From Candidatus Moraniibacteriota bacterium (GTDB taxonomy: Bacteria; Patescibacteriota; Minisyncoccia; Moranbacterales; UBA1568): a DNA stretch of 64,000 bases. Below, piece by piece: positions 61,327 to 64,000 of the stretch. The translations under genes were made by a program, and so were the position numbers. Numbering within the stretch: position 1 is the first letter of the stretch; each line of letters opens with the position of its first letter. The notes beneath the pieces are model-generated. The model searched no databases and was not told where the DNA came from. It worked only from the letters and a program-made list of their open reading frames with translations. The stretch lies in contig JAHFON010000003.1 in assembly GCA_023261695.1 (NCBI GenBank), positions 6,682 to 70,681 on the forward strand, written 5' to 3'.

Positions 61327-62568
61327 ATGCAACATAACATTCTCAAAAAATCCGACAAGGAAATATACCGGGCGCTATTGGGAGAGGAGAGGCGCCAAAA
61401 GGAAGGTTTGGAAATGATCGCGTCGGAAAATTATGTATCCGTTGCGGTACTGGAAGCGCTTGGCACCGTGTTTACCAACAAATACTCTGAAGGTTATCCG
61501 GGTAGGCGGTATTACGGCGGGCAGGAATTTACGGACGCGGTGGAGACGCTGGCGATCGCGCGCGCCAAGAAATTGTTTGGCGCGGAACATGCGAACGTTC
61601 AGCCGCTCTCGGGAGCTTCTGCAAATCTGGCGGCTTACGCGGCGATACTGAAACCGGGCGATACGGTTCTGGGAATGGACCTTTCGCATGGCGGACATTT
61701 GACGCACGGCCATCCCGTAACACTCTCCGCGCAAATTTATCGCTTCGTGCGTTACAAGACGGAACCGGATGGCAGTCTTGATTACAAAAAACTTGAAACT
61801 CTAGCGAAAAAAGAAAAGCCGCGTTTAATTTTAGCCGGATTTTCTGCTTATACGCGCCAATTGGACTATGCCAAGTTTTCCGCTATTGCCAAAAAGGCGC
61901 AAGCGTACTCTATGATGGATATGGCGCACATTGCCGGACTGGTGGCGGGCAAAGCGCTTCCCAATCCGATTCCGTATTTTGACATTGTTACCACCACGAC
62001 GCACAAGACGCTTCGCGGACCGCGCGGCGGAGTGATTTTTTGCAAACAAGAATTGGCACAGGCCATTGATAAATCTGTTTTCCCGGGACTGCAGGGAGGT
62101 CCGCATATGCACATCATTGCGGCCAAAGCCGTGGCTTTTGGAGAAGCGCTTAAGCCCGCTTTCAAAAAATACGCCGAGCAAACACTCAAAAATGCCAAAG
62201 CGCTGGAAAAAGAATTAGCCAAACACAGTTACAAAATTGTTTTCGGCGGGACGGACAATCATATGATACTGGTGGATGTTTTTGCGACACTTCAGATTTC
62301 CGGCAAAGAAGCCGAGCGTGCGCTGGACACGGTCGGGATTACGGTGAACAAAAATATGATTCCCGATGACACGCGCAGTCCGCTTGATCCATCGGGCATT
62401 CGGATCGGCGTGCCGGCGATTACAACGCGGGGAATGAGAGAAAAAGAAGTGCGGCAATTGGCGCGCGTTATAGACAAAACGCTCCGTCAGCGCGATGACC
62501 AAAAGACATTAAAACAATTGCGGGAGGAAGTGAAAAAACTTTGTAAAAAATTTCCCATATATCACTGA
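61327..62568 (+). CDS. glyA: Serine hydroxymethyltransferase
   Basis: IASENY, KYSEGYPGRRYYGG, GGHLTHG, TTTHKTLRGPRGG. Confidence 0.98.
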   Translation: MQHNILKKSDKEIYRALLGEERRQKEGLEMIASENYVSVAVLEALGTVFTNKYSEGYPGRRYYGGQEFTDAVETLAIARAKKLFGAEHANVQPLSGASANLAAYAAILKPGDTVLGMDLSHGGHLTHGHPVTLSAQIYRFVRYKTEPDGSLDYKKLETLAKKEKPRLILAGFSAYTRQLDYAKFSAIAKKAQAYSMMDMAHIAGLVAGKALPNPIPYFDIVTTTTHKTLRGPRGGVIFCKQELAQAIDKSVFPGLQGGPHMHIIAAKAVAFGEALKPAFKKYAEQTLKNAKALEKELAKHSYKIVFGGTDNHMILVDVFATLQISGKEAERALDTVGITVNKNMIPDDTRSPLDPSGIRIGVPAITTRGMREKEVRQLARVIDKTLRQRDDQKTLKQLREEVKKLCKKFPIYH

Positions 62569-62612
62569 CGATGACTCGTGTATTCGTAGATTATTTGTAA
62601 TTTGTATTTTGT

Positions 62613-63407
62613 ATGAAAGGAATAATTTTAGCCGGAGGCACTGGCACGCGGCTTTTGCCGCTGACAGCGGTGACTTCCAAACAGCTTCTGCCGGTGTATG
62701 ATCGGCCAATGATATTTTACCCGCTCAATACTCTGATCAAGGCTGGCATCAAGGATATTTTGGTGATTGTGACGCCGGAACACTCGGGAGACTTTTTGAA
62801 CCTTTTGGGATCTTTGTTGCGGAAGTTTGGCATCAATGTTTCTTTCATTGTCCAGCCTGCGCCGCGCGGTTTGGCTGAAGCATATGTTTTAGCGGAGGAT
62901 TTTTTAGACGACGCATCATCCACGCTTATTTTAGGCGACAATATTTTTGAGGACGATTTTGCGGAGGCGATACAAACATTTACCGGAGGCGGGCGGATTT
63001 TTGCCAAAGAGGTCGCTGACCCTGAGCGTTTTGGCGTGGTAGAATTCAATGGTGATTATCAGGTGCTTTCCATTGAAGAAAAACCGGAAAGGCCGCGCAG
63101 TCGTTTTGCCATCCCGGGTATTTATATTTTTGACAATACCGCGGTTGCGATAGCGAAAGGGCTTGCGCCTTCGCCGCGCGGTGAATTGGAAATTACCGAT
63201 TTACACAAACATTATCTGGGCGAGCAATCGTTGGATGTGCGCGTTATTCGCGGAGCGTGGTTTGATGCCGGAACCCACGAGGCGCTTTTTGAGGCGGGGG
63301 CGTACGCCAAGGAGCATAATTTTGCCAGCAATTTTCATCCGATGTTGAATGATGCCATCCGAGAATTTAACGTGGAATTCAAGAAAACTATTTCTCTTAA
63401 AAAATAA
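62613..63407 (+). CDS. rmlA: Glucose-1-phosphate thymidylyltransferase
   Basis: GIILAGGTGTRLLPLT, SKQLLPVYD, LILGDNIF, SPRGELEIT, WFDAGT. Confidence 0.9.
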   Translation: MKGIILAGGTGTRLLPLTAVTSKQLLPVYDRPMIFYPLNTLIKAGIKDILVIVTPEHSGDFLNLLGSLLRKFGINVSFIVQPAPRGLAEAYVLAEDFLDDASSTLILGDNIFEDDFAEAIQTFTGGGRIFAKEVADPERFGVVEFNGDYQVLSIEEKPERPRSRFAIPGIYIFDNTAVAIAKGLAPSPRGELEITDLHKHYLGEQSLDVRVIRGAWFDAGTHEALFEAGAYAKEHNFASNFHPMLNDAIREFNVEFKKTISLKK

Positions 63408-63419
63408 TTGAATTAATTT

Positions 63420-64000
63420 ATGCAAACTAATCCGCCGAGAAAAATAAAAAAAGCCATTCTGCCCGTAGCCGGATTCGGGACGCGGTTTTTACCCGCCACC
63501 AAGGCGCAACCCAAAGAGATGTTACCGATCGTGGACAAGCCGGTGGTGCAATATCTGGTGGAAGAAGCCGTAGCCGCCGGCATTGAAGAAATTATTTTTG
63601 TGACCGGTCGAGGCAAGCGGGCGATTGAAGATCACTTTGACGTTTCGTATGAATTGGAGAGCACTTTGGTTGAAAAGAACAAACACGACTTGTTGGACAC
63701 GGTGCAGAAAATTTCCGGACTGGCTAGATTTTCTTATGTGCGTCAGCCGGTGCCGCTCGGAGACGGGCACGCGCTTTTGCAGGCCGCGCATCTGGTAGAT
63801 GATGACGAATCAGTAGCCGTGGTTTTTGGCGATTGCATTTATGATAGCGCCACGCCGGCTATCGGTCAGTTGATTGAGGCTTATGAAGAGTTTCGCGCTC
63901 CAATTATCGGTATGGCCAGCGTGGAACATTCTGAAGTATCTAAATTTGGCGTGATTGACGGAAAGCCTGTGGATGAGAAGCACTGGAAAATATCGCGTAT
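63420..64000 (+). CDS. galU: UTP-glucose-1-phosphate uridylyltransferase (cut off by window end)
   Basis: Manual translation MQTNPPRKIKKAILPVAGFGTRFLPATKAQPKEMLPIVDKPVVQY... Confidence 0.93.
   Translation, partial: MQTNPPRKIKKAILPVAGFGTRFLPATKAQPKEMLPIVDKPVVQYLVEEAVAAGIEEIIFVTGRGKRAIEDHFDVSYELESTLVEKNKHDLLDTVQKISGLARFSYVRQPVPLGDGHALLQAAHLVDDDESVAVVFGDCIYDSATPAIGQLIEAYEEFRAPIIGMASVEHSEVSKFGVIDGKPVDEKHWKISR

Noticed and set aside
1-64000. Alternative genetic code (UGA read as Gly)
   Set aside because: Conserved genes are intact under code 11 and several end at TGA in the expected position (uvrA, xth, rsmH, glyA).

Overview
Chromosomal window from a bacterium using genetic code 11. It is most likely a Patescibacteria/CPR (Parcubacteria-like) genome; this is inferred from gene content, AT-rich leaders lacking Shine-Dalgarno sites and the compact type IV pilus and dcw clusters. 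The core backbone is miaA, dnaE, gyrB, rplY, uvrB/uvrA/uvrC plus a second uvrA, a type IV pilus assembly cluster, rlmN, miaB, xth, rarA, a frameshifted pepA, mraZ-rsmH-ftsL-ftsI with a truncated murF-like gene, khpA, rmlC/B/D, glyA, rmlA and a partial galU. Four accessory modules interrupt it. (1) A 3-gene islet is bounded by a 59-bp duplication of the uvrA 3' end. (2) A two-gene operon encodes an HD-GYP/CitG-like fusion and a cobalamin-binding radical SAM enzyme. (3) An AT-rich locus encodes a three-domain AsnB / NMT1-like / Rossmann-like fusion and a second cobalamin-binding radical SAM enzyme, next to an IS481-like element. (4) Two small membrane-protein genes sit behind a perfect sigma70 promoter, each followed by an identical 50-bp hairpin. 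Several housekeeping genes also carry short in-frame palindromic insertions, and a candidate structured RNA with a terminator lies upstream of dnaE. All family assignments come from motif recognition by eye, not from database searches.
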